Shown: piece by piece, positions 18,959-27,332 of the stretch | Layout: each line of letters begins with the position of its first letter | Position numbering within the stretch: the stretch's first letter is position 1 | Assembly (NCBI GenBank): GCA_044225365.1 | Contig: JBGAIQ010000033.1 | Location: 1 to 58,565 of the forward strand | Length of the DNA stretch: 58,565 nt | Source: Planctomycetota bacterium | GTDB lineage: Bacteria; Planctomycetota; B15-G4; JADJEK01 | Direction of reading: 5' to 3' | Notes under the pieces: model-generated | What the model was told of the DNA's origin: nothing | Seen by the model: the letters and a program-made list of their open reading frames with translations, nothing else | Databases searched by the model: none | Made by a program: the position numbers and the translations under genes

Positions 18959-21106
18959 GTGATCGTTCCGTTCCTTGCATTCGCTCTTGTCGCGCCGGGC
19001 GCACCCGGCACCCCCGCCGTACCGTCGCTGCTCGCGCCGCAGAAGTCGCCAAACGTCCTCTTCGATGATCAGGGCGACCGCGGGCTGTTCGCGGTGGGTC
19101 ACGACTACAAGATGATCTTCGGTCGCGCGGGCGTCCTGTTCGTCCCGAAGCTCGGAATGCGCGCGCCTTACGACATGCCGCTCGAGTTTCCCGCGACCGA
19201 TGGCGCGAAGGCGCGACGGGAGAACGATCGAGTCTCGATCGACCACGGCGCGTACCGCGAGGAATACGACCTTGCGCCCGACGGCGTCGAGCAGCGCTTC
19301 GTCCTCCCGTCGCGTCTCGCGACTCCGGTCTTTCGCGTCCCCATGCGAACCGAACTCGAATTCCACGGCCGCGACGCCGACGGACTCCGCTTCGAGGCGA
19401 GCGGCATCGCGAAGGTCTCCTACGGCGACGCGACCCTCGTCGACGCCCGCGGCAGGCGATGTACGACGCTCCCGCGATTCGAGGACGACGCGATCGAGTT
19501 CGACATCCCCGAGGAGTTCTTTGCCGGTTGCACCTACCCGCTGACGATCGATCCGCTCATCAAGACGTTCTCGATCGACGGCGGGTCGGACGACGTGGAG
19601 AATCCCGACGTCGCCTACAGCAGCTCCGCGAACGTGTATCTCGTCGTGTACGAGGAAGTGTTCGCGATCTTCGATCGCGACATCAAGTCCCGCCGTTTCG
19701 ATGCCGACGGGAATCTCCTCGAAGAGACGATCCTCGACGCGTCGACCGATACCACGTTCGATCCTCACGTCGCGCACAGTGCAGGCGAGTTCCTGATCGT
19801 GTGGCGCAACGTCACTCCGATCTTCTCCTTCAACCGCATCAAGGGCCGCTCGCGCCACGCTGCGACGACGTCGATGGGCGCGACGTTCGACATCTCGGGA
19901 GGTTTGTCACAGGAGGAGCTCTTCCCCGATGTCGGCGGATCCGAGGGTTCTACGCCGCGCTTCTGCGCGACGTGGCAGGGTAAGTCGACCGCGCTCGACT
20001 CGGTCTTCGCACTCCAATGCACCGCGAGCGGGGTCGTCGGCGGTCTGCATACCTTCTCCGGCGGCCGGCATCATCCGCAGATCACGCAGAGCGCCGGAGC
20101 CGCCGGGCGATGGGCGATCGTGTTCGAGGATCAGGCTCTCTCCGGCGACAACGACGTCGAGATCGTCACGATCGATCTCGCCTCAGGTGTGGAGTCCGCG
20201 GGACCGCTGGCCGTCGCGGCGAGTTCACTGGACGAGAGTGCGCCCGACGTGGCCGGCGACGGAACGGACTTCTTCGCCGTCCTGCGCCGCGACAACGGCG
20301 CAGGAACCGGAGACGTCGTGGGGCAGCACTTCCAGTTCTCGAGCGGGCTGAAGAAGATCGGATCGCTCGTCGACGTCTCGGCGCTCGCGAGTCCGCCGCA
20401 TGCTGCGTCCGATCAATCATCGCCGGCGATCACGTACGACGGTTGCCGATACACGGTGGGATACGTCGAGGGCAACACCGCCGCATCGCCGGGCGACGTG
20501 TTCGCGTCGTCGTTCCTCGCGTCTTCCACGAGTTCGGCCCTCACGTTCTCCCAGTCGCGGGTCGATCTCGGAAACACCACGGGTGACGACGACATGCTGT
20601 CCCTCGCGAGCCGGGGTTCTTCGGACGGGTCGTTCGAGGTTCTGGCCGCGTGGACGCGAACGACGCCGGGTGTGACTCCCGACATCGTCGGCGCGATCTA
20701 CCAGAGTCTCGGACCCGGCGGAGTCACGACGGTGCAGACGGGGTGCGGAACGCCAGAGCCCACGCTGTTCACGGGCGCGAGCGTGCCCGCGCTCGGCGGT
20801 GAGTTCTCACTCCTCGCTCTCGACTTCACGAGCGCGTTGATGGTCGTGGGCCTGCCGACGAATCTGAATCTCTGTCCCGGTCAAGGCGGATGCAAGTTGG
20901 GAGCGACGCCCATCGCGATCGTTCCGATCCCCTCCGGCGCCATCCTTCCGTTCACGATCCCGTGTGAACCTGCGTTGCTCGGCGTGAGCGTGGCGATGGA
21001 GGGAGTCGACCTCGTTCCTCCGAATGCTCCCGGCGCGTCGTGCGGTCCCCCGAAGTTCACGCAGCGGTTTCGAACGAGCGATACGGTGATCCTGAGGTTC
21101 CAGTGA
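18959..21106 (+). CDS. Secreted hypothetical protein (propeller-like repeats plus Cys/Pro-containing C-terminal domain)
   Basis: AGGAGG RBS before GTG 18959, signal peptide, YPLTIDP junction, repeated PxV(A/G) blades. Confidence 0.7.
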   Translation: MIVPFLAFALVAPGAPGTPAVPSLLAPQKSPNVLFDDQGDRGLFAVGHDYKMIFGRAGVLFVPKLGMRAPYDMPLEFPATDGAKARRENDRVSIDHGAYREEYDLAPDGVEQRFVLPSRLATPVFRVPMRTELEFHGRDADGLRFEASGIAKVSYGDATLVDARGRRCTTLPRFEDDAIEFDIPEEFFAGCTYPLTIDPLIKTFSIDGGSDDVENPDVAYSSSANVYLVVYEEVFAIFDRDIKSRRFDADGNLLEETILDASTDTTFDPHVAHSAGEFLIVWRNVTPIFSFNRIKGRSRHAATTSMGATFDISGGLSQEELFPDVGGSEGSTPRFCATWQGKSTALDSVFALQCTASGVVGGLHTFSGGRHHPQITQSAGAAGRWAIVFEDQALSGDNDVEIVTIDLASGVESAGPLAVAASSLDESAPDVAGDGTDFFAVLRRDNGAGTGDVVGQHFQFSSGLKKIGSLVDVSALASPPHAASDQSSPAITYDGCRYTVGYVEGNTAASPGDVFASSFLASSTSSALTFSQSRVDLGNTTGDDDMLSLASRGSSDGSFEVLAAWTRTTPGVTPDIVGAIYQSLGPGGVTTVQTGCGTPEPTLFTGASVPALGGEFSLLALDFTSALMVVGLPTNLNLCPGQGGCKLGATPIAIVPIPSGAILPFTIPCEPALLGVSVAMEGVDLVPPNAPGASCGPPKFTQRFRTSDTVILRFQ

Positions 21107-21123
21107 TGGCGGTGTGGGACCGG

Positions 21124-21227
21124 GAACGGAGCCGCGCTGGAGCGCGGCGGTCCTGTAGGGGCGCACGGCTGTGCGCCCGACGTCCCACCCACGGAAGAAC
21201 GGAGCCGCGCGGGAGCGCGGCGGTCCT
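21124..21227. repeat. Composite REP/BIME-like element between convergent genes
   Basis: Two 31-bp direct repeats (21124-21154, 21197-21227) with a GCCGCGC/GCGCGGC stem flank GTAGGGGCGCACGGCTGTGCGCCC (21155-21178), a GTAG-type REP hairpin. Confidence 0.75.
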
Positions 21228-21240
21228 TCCTCACGTTCGC

Positions 21241-22713
21241 TCAGCGATTGTTCGGAGTCTCGTTCACCCAATTGAAGCCGCGATCGACCAAGTAGAACTT
21301 CGCGTCGCGGCGCTTCAACTGGATGGAGACGTGATGACCGTCGAGGTCGCCCGCGAGCACCACGATTCCCGGCTCGGTCGAGTCGTCGTACTTCCAGGTC
21401 ACCTTCTGCTCGCGCTTCGAGAAGTTCGGGATCACCGCCATCGTGTGGGCGGCGGGATCGAGTTCGAATCCGAGGTAGCGGGCCGTATCGTCCTCCTTCT
21501 TCACGTAGAACACGCTCGGGGACTCGAAGACGGCGAGCTTCCAACGCGCGGGCGCGGGGATCGATCGCGAGGGATCGATTGCGGTGGCCCGGAAGTCCGT
21601 CACGTCGTAGACGCCGTAGAGCGGCGAGTGCGCCTGCCGCTGCTCGTAGAAGGTTAAATTCTGCCGGACCTGTTCGTAGCTCATGTAGCCGACGAAGGCG
21701 AGCTTGAAGCAGGTCGCGGCGAGATCGAGCGTTCGGTTGTTGCAGAAGGGCACGAACGTGCGCGGAGCCGTCGCTCGATTGAAGACGAAGAAGTCGAGGA
21801 ATCTCGGCAGGTCGCGAAGCAGAAGGCCGAGCGCGAGGAGCAGGAGATGGGATGAGAACAGCTTCACCGGGACGTCGAAGCAGTAGTTGATCATCACGAC
21901 GTTGCTCATCACGGCGATGACGACGATCGCGCCGAGCGTCGTCGTCTTGCGAAACGCGAGGAGCATGCCGCCGAGCACTTCACCCGCGCCGCAGAAGATG
22001 CAGTACGCGGTGGAGAATCCCATGAATCGCCAGATGAGGCCCATCGGCGACATGTCGCCGTAGGTCGTCACCAGATCCGCGAGTCGCGGACTCTGGAACT
22101 GCGTCGGGATCACCTTCGCGAAGCCGTAGCCGAGCATGTGCATCACCAAGTACCAGCGCGTGATGAACACGACGAGTCCGGTGAGGCACCGATGTTGGAG
22201 ATCCGTCGCGATGAAGAACGAGAGCAGAGAAGCGAGGACAGCGAAGCAAAGCGCGATCGAGGCGATCCACGCGACTTCGATGTAATTCCACTGCGTGTCG
22301 CCGCTCCCGAGCGGCCGCTTGTCGATCTTGTACTTCCCGTTGAAGACCTTCTCGTTGTAGTCGACGACCCACTTGTCCCATTTCTCCTTGTAGAAAGTCA
22401 CGCCCTGGTCGACGAGGTCGAGCGCGTGAAGCACCTTGTTCGCGTCCATACGCTCGCTGAGCGCCTTCGCGGCCTCGGGCGTGGGTGTCGAGAACGGGTC
22501 GGGCTGCTCGATCCCGCAGACCTTCATCACGATCGTCGATACCGTCTCCTTCACGAGCTGGAAGAGCTCGGGCGACGTGTAGAGGAGCACGTACGCGAAG
22601 GCGAAGAACAGGCAGAACTCGCGGATCCGTGCGAGCCAGCGACTCGGTGGGGCGGGTGCACTCGTCGGTGCTTCGTCGTCCTGCAATTCGTAGTTCCGAG
22701 GGGCAGCGGCCAT
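21241..22713 (-). CDS. DoxX-like integral membrane protein
   Basis: AAGGAG RBS before ATG 22713; GYGFAKV..QF, GDMSPMGLIWRFMGFS, GAGEVLGG.LL.FRKT, DVPVKLFS. Confidence 0.75.
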   Translation of the reverse strand: MAAAPRNYELQDDEAPTSAPAPPSRWLARIREFCLFFAFAYVLLYTSPELFQLVKETVSTIVMKVCGIEQPDPFSTPTPEAAKALSERMDANKVLHALDLVDQGVTFYKEKWDKWVVDYNEKVFNGKYKIDKRPLGSGDTQWNYIEVAWIASIALCFAVLASLLSFFIATDLQHRCLTGLVVFITRWYLVMHMLGYGFAKVIPTQFQSPRLADLVTTYGDMSPMGLIWRFMGFSTAYCIFCGAGEVLGGMLLAFRKTTTLGAIVVIAVMSNVVMINYCFDVPVKLFSSHLLLLALGLLLRDLPRFLDFFVFNRATAPRTFVPFCNNRTLDLAATCFKLAFVGYMSYEQVRQNLTFYEQRQAHSPLYGVYDVTDFRATAIDPSRSIPAPARWKLAVFESPSVFYVKKEDDTARYLGFELDPAAHTMAVIPNFSKREQKVTWKYDDSTEPGIVVLAGDLDGHHVSIQLKRRDAKFYLVDRGFNWVNETPNNR

Positions 22714-22723
22714 GGCGGCTCCT

Positions 22724-23209
22724 TCATGCCGAAGTGGATCGCGACGAGCGGGTACGCTTCTTCCGATACGTCGGTTCCCGCCGACGGTTGGGTTCGAAGC
22801 ACGAGGCTCCGGGTGCGCCGAGCCACTCGATGTAGTCGCGGAGGATCTTTCCGTGGTCGAAGGCGAGGCGCGGGAGATCGTCGATGCGGTAGAGGGCCGC
22901 AGACTTGGCATCGTCGCCGCCCTTGGGCGTGCCCTTCGCATCGCCAATGAAGACCATGCCGACCGTGTGCCCTCGCGGGTCGCGCTTCGGATCCGAGTAG
23001 GCGCGGAACTGCCGTAGATTGCGAACGACGAGTCCGGTTTCCTCCTTCAGCTCCCGCGCCGCGGCCTTCTCCAGCGTCTCACCGTAGTCGACGAATCCAC
23101 CCGGGATCGCGAATCCGAACGGCTCGTGCGCGCGTTCGACGAGGACGATCTTGTCGCCGACTCGACAGATCACATCGACGCAGAGACTGGGCTGCTTCAT
23201 CTTGAACAT
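22724..23209 (-). CDS. NUDIX hydrolase
   Basis: Nudix box GGFVDYGETLEKAAARELKEETGL; SDPKRDPRGH and LAFDH motifs. Confidence 0.92.
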   Translation of the reverse strand: MFKMKQPSLCVDVICRVGDKIVLVERAHEPFGFAIPGGFVDYGETLEKAAARELKEETGLVVRNLRQFRAYSDPKRDPRGHTVGMVFIGDAKGTPKGGDDAKSAALYRIDDLPRLAFDHGKILRDYIEWLGAPGASCFEPNRRREPTYRKKRTRSSRSTSA

Positions 23210-23239
23210 GGGGAGGGCGTCCTTCGCGGAGACCGGGCG

Positions 23240-24631
23240 TCACTTCGGCTTGGGAGTCGGCCGCTTCAGCACCACGGCCGTGTTTCCCTTCTTGGAGATC
23301 GTGCGACCGTCGCGGAATCCCGCGAGGTGGACCGAGTGCCGAAGGCTCTCGATCTGACCCGACCGGCAGGCGACCACGATCTGTCCGCTGCTCGAGAGCG
23401 AGCGGCCGAGGATCTTGAGGGTCGCGATCAGGGCGTCGGGCCCTTCTTTCCAGTTGAGGTGGCAGACGATCCAGTCGAAACCCGGAGTGAACTCGTCGCG
23501 GACCGCAGCCGGTAGCCAACCGTGCTCGCGATCGGTGGGCGGTACGACGACGCGGGTCTCGTGCGCGCGTTTCCAATCCGTGAGTGCGGCTTCGAGATTT
23601 CGTTTGGCGACCGCGGCTTCGAGGGTGTCACGCGACAGGATCGCGATCTCGCTCGGATGCCGTTCGTGGGCGAGGAGTGCGGCGAGGAAGCCGTGGCGGG
23701 GATTGAGGACGAGGATCCGCTCCGCGGCACTCCGCTTCTCCGCAGGCGCGAGGATCTCGACGAATTTGGCGAGGAGCGGCGTTTCGTAGTGGGGCGTGTC
23801 GAATTCCGGAACGTCGTGCACCGCGTAATGCGGCATCGCCGGCAAATGTCCGATCTCGATCGTCGACGGGGAGTCCTCGCGCTTGAAGGCGATGAGGTCA
23901 TCGTCGGCCTCGAACTCCTTGAGCCCGTCGGGAAAGCGCAGGATCTGCGCGACGTGCTCCTTGCCGCGTCCCTCGGCGACGACCTCGACCTTGCCGTAGG
24001 TGTTCGCGTAGTAGCTCCGCATCGCGGTCATCGTGTCGTCGAGCGGGATCACGTAGACGATCGCGACGAAACCGCCCTTCTTCAGGAGCGGCCCCGCACC
24101 GTAGACGAGATCGAAGAGACCGTCGTCGCCCGCGCTCGCAGGAACGTTGGAGACGATCATGTCGAAGGGCGACTGGCCCGAATTCGTTGCGGGCTCGTAG
24201 GCGAGTCCGGCGTCGAGGACTTCGGTATCGCCGTCCCTGCCCTCTTTGCCGCTATGGACGCGGCAGAGCTTGCTGTTCTCGCGCGCGAACTCGATCGCGA
24301 GGCGATCGCGGTCGGACATCACGACATGCACGCGCTCTTTCCCGAGCGCTCGCGCGATCGAGATGCCGAGGGCACCGACGCCGCAACCGAGATCGAGGAG
24401 TCGGAGTTTTCCACCCGTCTCGTCGAGCAAGGGCGAACCCGGCTTCGCGAGGAGTCGAAGCAGTCGCTCCGTACCGTTGTCGAGTCCGGCGGAAGCGAAG
24501 AGGTCCTTGCCGTAGCCGAGTCGGATGCGGCGCCGGAGGAAGTTGTGCTCTCCGATGCGAGCGAGCCAAGGGCTCTGCTCGAGTCGCTTCTCGCTCTTGA
24601 TGTCGAAATCTTCGTCGATCGCACGCGTCAT
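23240..24631 (-). CDS. Class I SAM-dependent methyltransferase, RsmC/MTS-like, two-domain
   Basis: FASAGLDNGTERLL, LLDLGCGVGALG, IVSNVP; degenerate second domain. Confidence 0.75.
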   Translation of the reverse strand: MTRAIDEDFDIKSEKRLEQSPWLARIGEHNFLRRRIRLGYGKDLFASAGLDNGTERLLRLLAKPGSPLLDETGGKLRLLDLGCGVGALGISIARALGKERVHVVMSDRDRLAIEFARENSKLCRVHSGKEGRDGDTEVLDAGLAYEPATNSGQSPFDMIVSNVPASAGDDGLFDLVYGAGPLLKKGGFVAIVYVIPLDDTMTAMRSYYANTYGKVEVVAEGRGKEHVAQILRFPDGLKEFEADDDLIAFKREDSPSTIEIGHLPAMPHYAVHDVPEFDTPHYETPLLAKFVEILAPAEKRSAAERILVLNPRHGFLAALLAHERHPSEIAILSRDTLEAAVAKRNLEAALTDWKRAHETRVVVPPTDREHGWLPAAVRDEFTPGFDWIVCHLNWKEGPDALIATLKILGRSLSSSGQIVVACRSGQIESLRHSVHLAGFRDGRTISKKGNTAVVLKRPTPKPK

Positions 24632-24727
24632 GCGCAGAGCGTATCAACTCGCAACGGAATCGGCCGCCCCTGGCGCCCGCGAAACGAGCATCCGGGCTCA
24701 ATTCGTCCCGCGGGCGGAACGAAGTCG

Positions 24728-26980
24728 TCAGACGTCGAGGAAGACGGTGTAGTACCCGAGCCCGGAGACCGCGGAGACCGTGAGGATGTAGAAGGGATCA
24801 CCGTTGGACGGGTTCGCCGTGAGCGGCATGTTCAAGGTGATGTTCGACTGCGACACGGTCTTGCCGTTCGCGCTGGTCTGCTTCGCCGAGCCGAGCGTGA
24901 AGTCGCCGCCGAGGCCCGTCGACGACGAAAGGACGAAGTCGGGGTTGAGCGTCGCGCCCGAATCGGATTGGACGACGATGCTGAGCTTGCGGCCCTGCTT
25001 CGCGCGGAAGAGGAACTGGCGAGATCCGTTGGCGCGCGGGAAGTCGGTCGGCGCGACGAGCTGATGATTCTTCAGCGGCTCGAGGTTGACCGCGATCGCG
25101 TGACCGCTGTTCGCGTCGTTGAAGATCCCGCGGCCCGTCGCCGAACCGTAGATCACTTCGAATTGCGTCTGCGAAAGCGTCTGGTTCGCGAGTTCGAGCG
25201 CGCACTCGAAGAAGTAGTCGCCGGTCGCGGCGATGGGATTCGCGAAGACCTGATTGCTCGTGTATCCGATGTCCGCCATCGTGTGCGGCATGCTCGGCAT
25301 CGCGCTGAAGACGAGACGTTCCATCGCCTTTCCGCCGAGGAGATCGCGTGCGTCGAGCAGGAAACTCCCGATGACTTCGCCGCTCGCGTGTTCTTCGGGC
25401 ATGAGCAATATCCCCGCGGTCGGATCGTCGTCGACGAGGGATTCGAGCGTCGTATCGGGGAAGAGATCGTCGTCCTGGAGCTGACGGATCGGAACGCCGT
25501 TCTGCAGCACGATGCCGGTGTAGCGACCGACTTGATTGTCCTGATGGAGCGTCGTCGCGAAGAAGTCGGGGAGGGCTTCGCCGACCGCGCGCGGAGGGAA
25601 GTCGATCGTGTCGTCGAACGGCAGGTTCTCGTAGAACAGCCAGCCGTGCGTGTACTCGTGGCAGGCGACGACTGGATCGCGGGACAGGTCGGCGGCGACG
25701 TCGTTCACCGAGTTCGTGAGATCGAAGAAGTCCATGAAGCCCACGGTGATCGGATTCATCGCGTCGGGCCAGACGGAGGGCGAGAAGAACGCGTTGATGT
25801 CGGTCTGTGGGTCGTTGACGATGATCGGAACGGCGAGGTTGCTCGCGAGCTGCTTCAAACCGAGGTTCTTCGTGAGGTGCTGATAGAAGAGCTCGAGTTG
25901 ATAGTTGATGTTCGCGCAGTCGAAGGCGTCATAGCGCGGGATGCCGTTGCTGAGCGTCGACGGGTCGAAGGGGTCGTAGTCGAAGACGAGGTTCGGCTGG
26001 AACGGATCGTCGCCGAAGAAGTCGAAGACATTGCTTCGCGCGCCGACGATGAACCCTTTGTCGACATTGGCGGCGGGAACGCCCTTGCTCGCGAAGTTCT
26101 TCACCGTCTTCTTCGACGAGAGACCGTTGATCGCCGCGCTCTGGCTCGCGAAGACGCGCGACTTTGCCGTGCCGAGGGTGAACTTCGTGAAGGTGATGAA
26201 CTGGCCGTCGTAGTTCGTGGGCAGGAAGCCCTTCGTCGCGTACTGCGTGCGGTCGCGAGCGCCCATCGCGACGCCGGTGCCGGCGTCGACGAGCGCACGC
26301 CATGCTTCGTGGCGATCCGTCGACGGGATGTCGATGCGCCAGGCGGGGACGAGGCCGGTCGGAGCGGCGATGTAGACCTGCGTGGCGATCGTCGCTTTCG
26401 CCTCGGCGAGGGGGAACGAAGCGCGTTCGGCCTTGCGCCGGCTCGCGATCGCGTCGCGCGCTGTGGCGATCGCCGCGTCCTTCGTCGTCGTGAATCCGGA
26501 GCCGATCGCGCCCGACTGCGGGGAACGCAGCGAGGCCGAGATCAGGGCGCCGGAGTCGTCGAAGCGGGTCCACGCGGACACGGCATCGACCTCGATCCCG
26601 TCACGGAACAGGAGGAACGATGCGCGGTCGTCTTGCGTCGCGTAGGGAATCGCGCGCAGTTCGAAGCGCGGATCGAGGCCGAAGAGGGCGCCGTTCTCGG
26701 TGAAGAAACGAATCGAGCGTTCCGCGACGCTGCCCGTCGCGAGCCACTTGCCGCCCGACACGCTCGAGGCGAAGCCAGTCCGCCGATCGACGCGGGGGCG
26801 GAAGGGTGAGAGCGCACGATCGTTCAGTCGCGCGAGGGCCTCATCGAACAGGGGCGCCCGGGCCGTCGCGACGAGCGGCATGAAGGCGTCGTGGAAATCC
26901 CCCGTCTGCGCGAACGCCGCACCGCCCATGATCATCCCGACGAACGCCATCCCGCCGCGTGCGATCCATGCCCGATTCAT
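24728..26980 (-). CDS. Secreted gluzincin metallopeptidase (M4/M36-like) with propeptide
   Basis: Signal peptide, PepSY-like LVPAWRI..VDAGTG, INAFF, HEYTH, third ligand in GEALPDFF, EEH. Confidence 0.85.
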   Translation of the reverse strand: MNRAWIARGGMAFVGMIMGGAAFAQTGDFHDAFMPLVATARAPLFDEALARLNDRALSPFRPRVDRRTGFASSVSGGKWLATGSVAERSIRFFTENGALFGLDPRFELRAIPYATQDDRASFLLFRDGIEVDAVSAWTRFDDSGALISASLRSPQSGAIGSGFTTTKDAAIATARDAIASRRKAERASFPLAEAKATIATQVYIAAPTGLVPAWRIDIPSTDRHEAWRALVDAGTGVAMGARDRTQYATKGFLPTNYDGQFITFTKFTLGTAKSRVFASQSAAINGLSSKKTVKNFASKGVPAANVDKGFIVGARSNVFDFFGDDPFQPNLVFDYDPFDPSTLSNGIPRYDAFDCANINYQLELFYQHLTKNLGLKQLASNLAVPIIVNDPQTDINAFFSPSVWPDAMNPITVGFMDFFDLTNSVNDVAADLSRDPVVACHEYTHGWLFYENLPFDDTIDFPPRAVGEALPDFFATTLHQDNQVGRYTGIVLQNGVPIRQLQDDDLFPDTTLESLVDDDPTAGILLMPEEHASGEVIGSFLLDARDLLGGKAMERLVFSAMPSMPHTMADIGYTSNQVFANPIAATGDYFFECALELANQTLSQTQFEVIYGSATGRGIFNDANSGHAIAVNLEPLKNHQLVAPTDFPRANGSRQFLFRAKQGRKLSIVVQSDSGATLNPDFVLSSSTGLGGDFTLGSAKQTSANGKTVSQSNITLNMPLTANPSNGDPFYILTVSAVSGLGYYTVFLDV

Positions 26981-27083
26981 TCGTGTCCTCCGTGCGTCCT
27001 ATGCGTGCAAATCAGGGTGTCGAGTCCATCCGAGAGACCCGTTTCGATGATATCGGAAGCGACGTCGATCCCAACGCCGAAAC

Positions 27084-27321
27084 GGCGGCGGCGGATCGCA
27101 GCCGTAACCGCCAAACCGGCGGCGGCGGATCGCAGCCGTAACCGCCAAGCTGGCGGCGGCGGATCGCAGCCGTAACCGCCAAGCTGGCGGCGGCGGATCG
27201 CAGCCGTAACCGCCGAGTTGGCGGCGGCGGATCGCAGCCGTAACCGCCAAGCTGGCGGCGGCGGATCGCAGCCGTAACCGCCGCCAAACCGGCGGCGGCG
27301 GATCGCAGCCGTAACCGCCGC
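27084..27321. repeat. Tandem array of 7 x ~34-bp hairpin units
   Basis: Core GGCGGCGGCGGATCGCAGCCGTAACCGCC separated by AAACC/AAGCT/GAGTT linkers. Confidence 0.95.
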
Positions 27322-27332
27322 TTTGGATCCGA

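Noticed and set aside
21124-21227. Mini-CRISPR (two 31-bp repeats with a 42-bp spacer)
   Set aside because: Only two repeats, the spacer is itself a REP hairpin, the repeats belong to a dispersed family, and no cas genes are present
23522-26809. Long antisense or alternate-frame ORFs (this 1095-aa one, 2013-4604, 27750-30593, 31593-34367 and others)
   Set aside because: Shadow ORFs of well-supported genes caused by high-GC codon bias; Arg-rich with no motifs
27084-27321. CRISPR or TIGR-type guide array (also 52134-52441)
   Set aside because: Linkers are only 5-6 nt and recurrent, so there are no unique spacers; no cas or Nop-domain gene in the window
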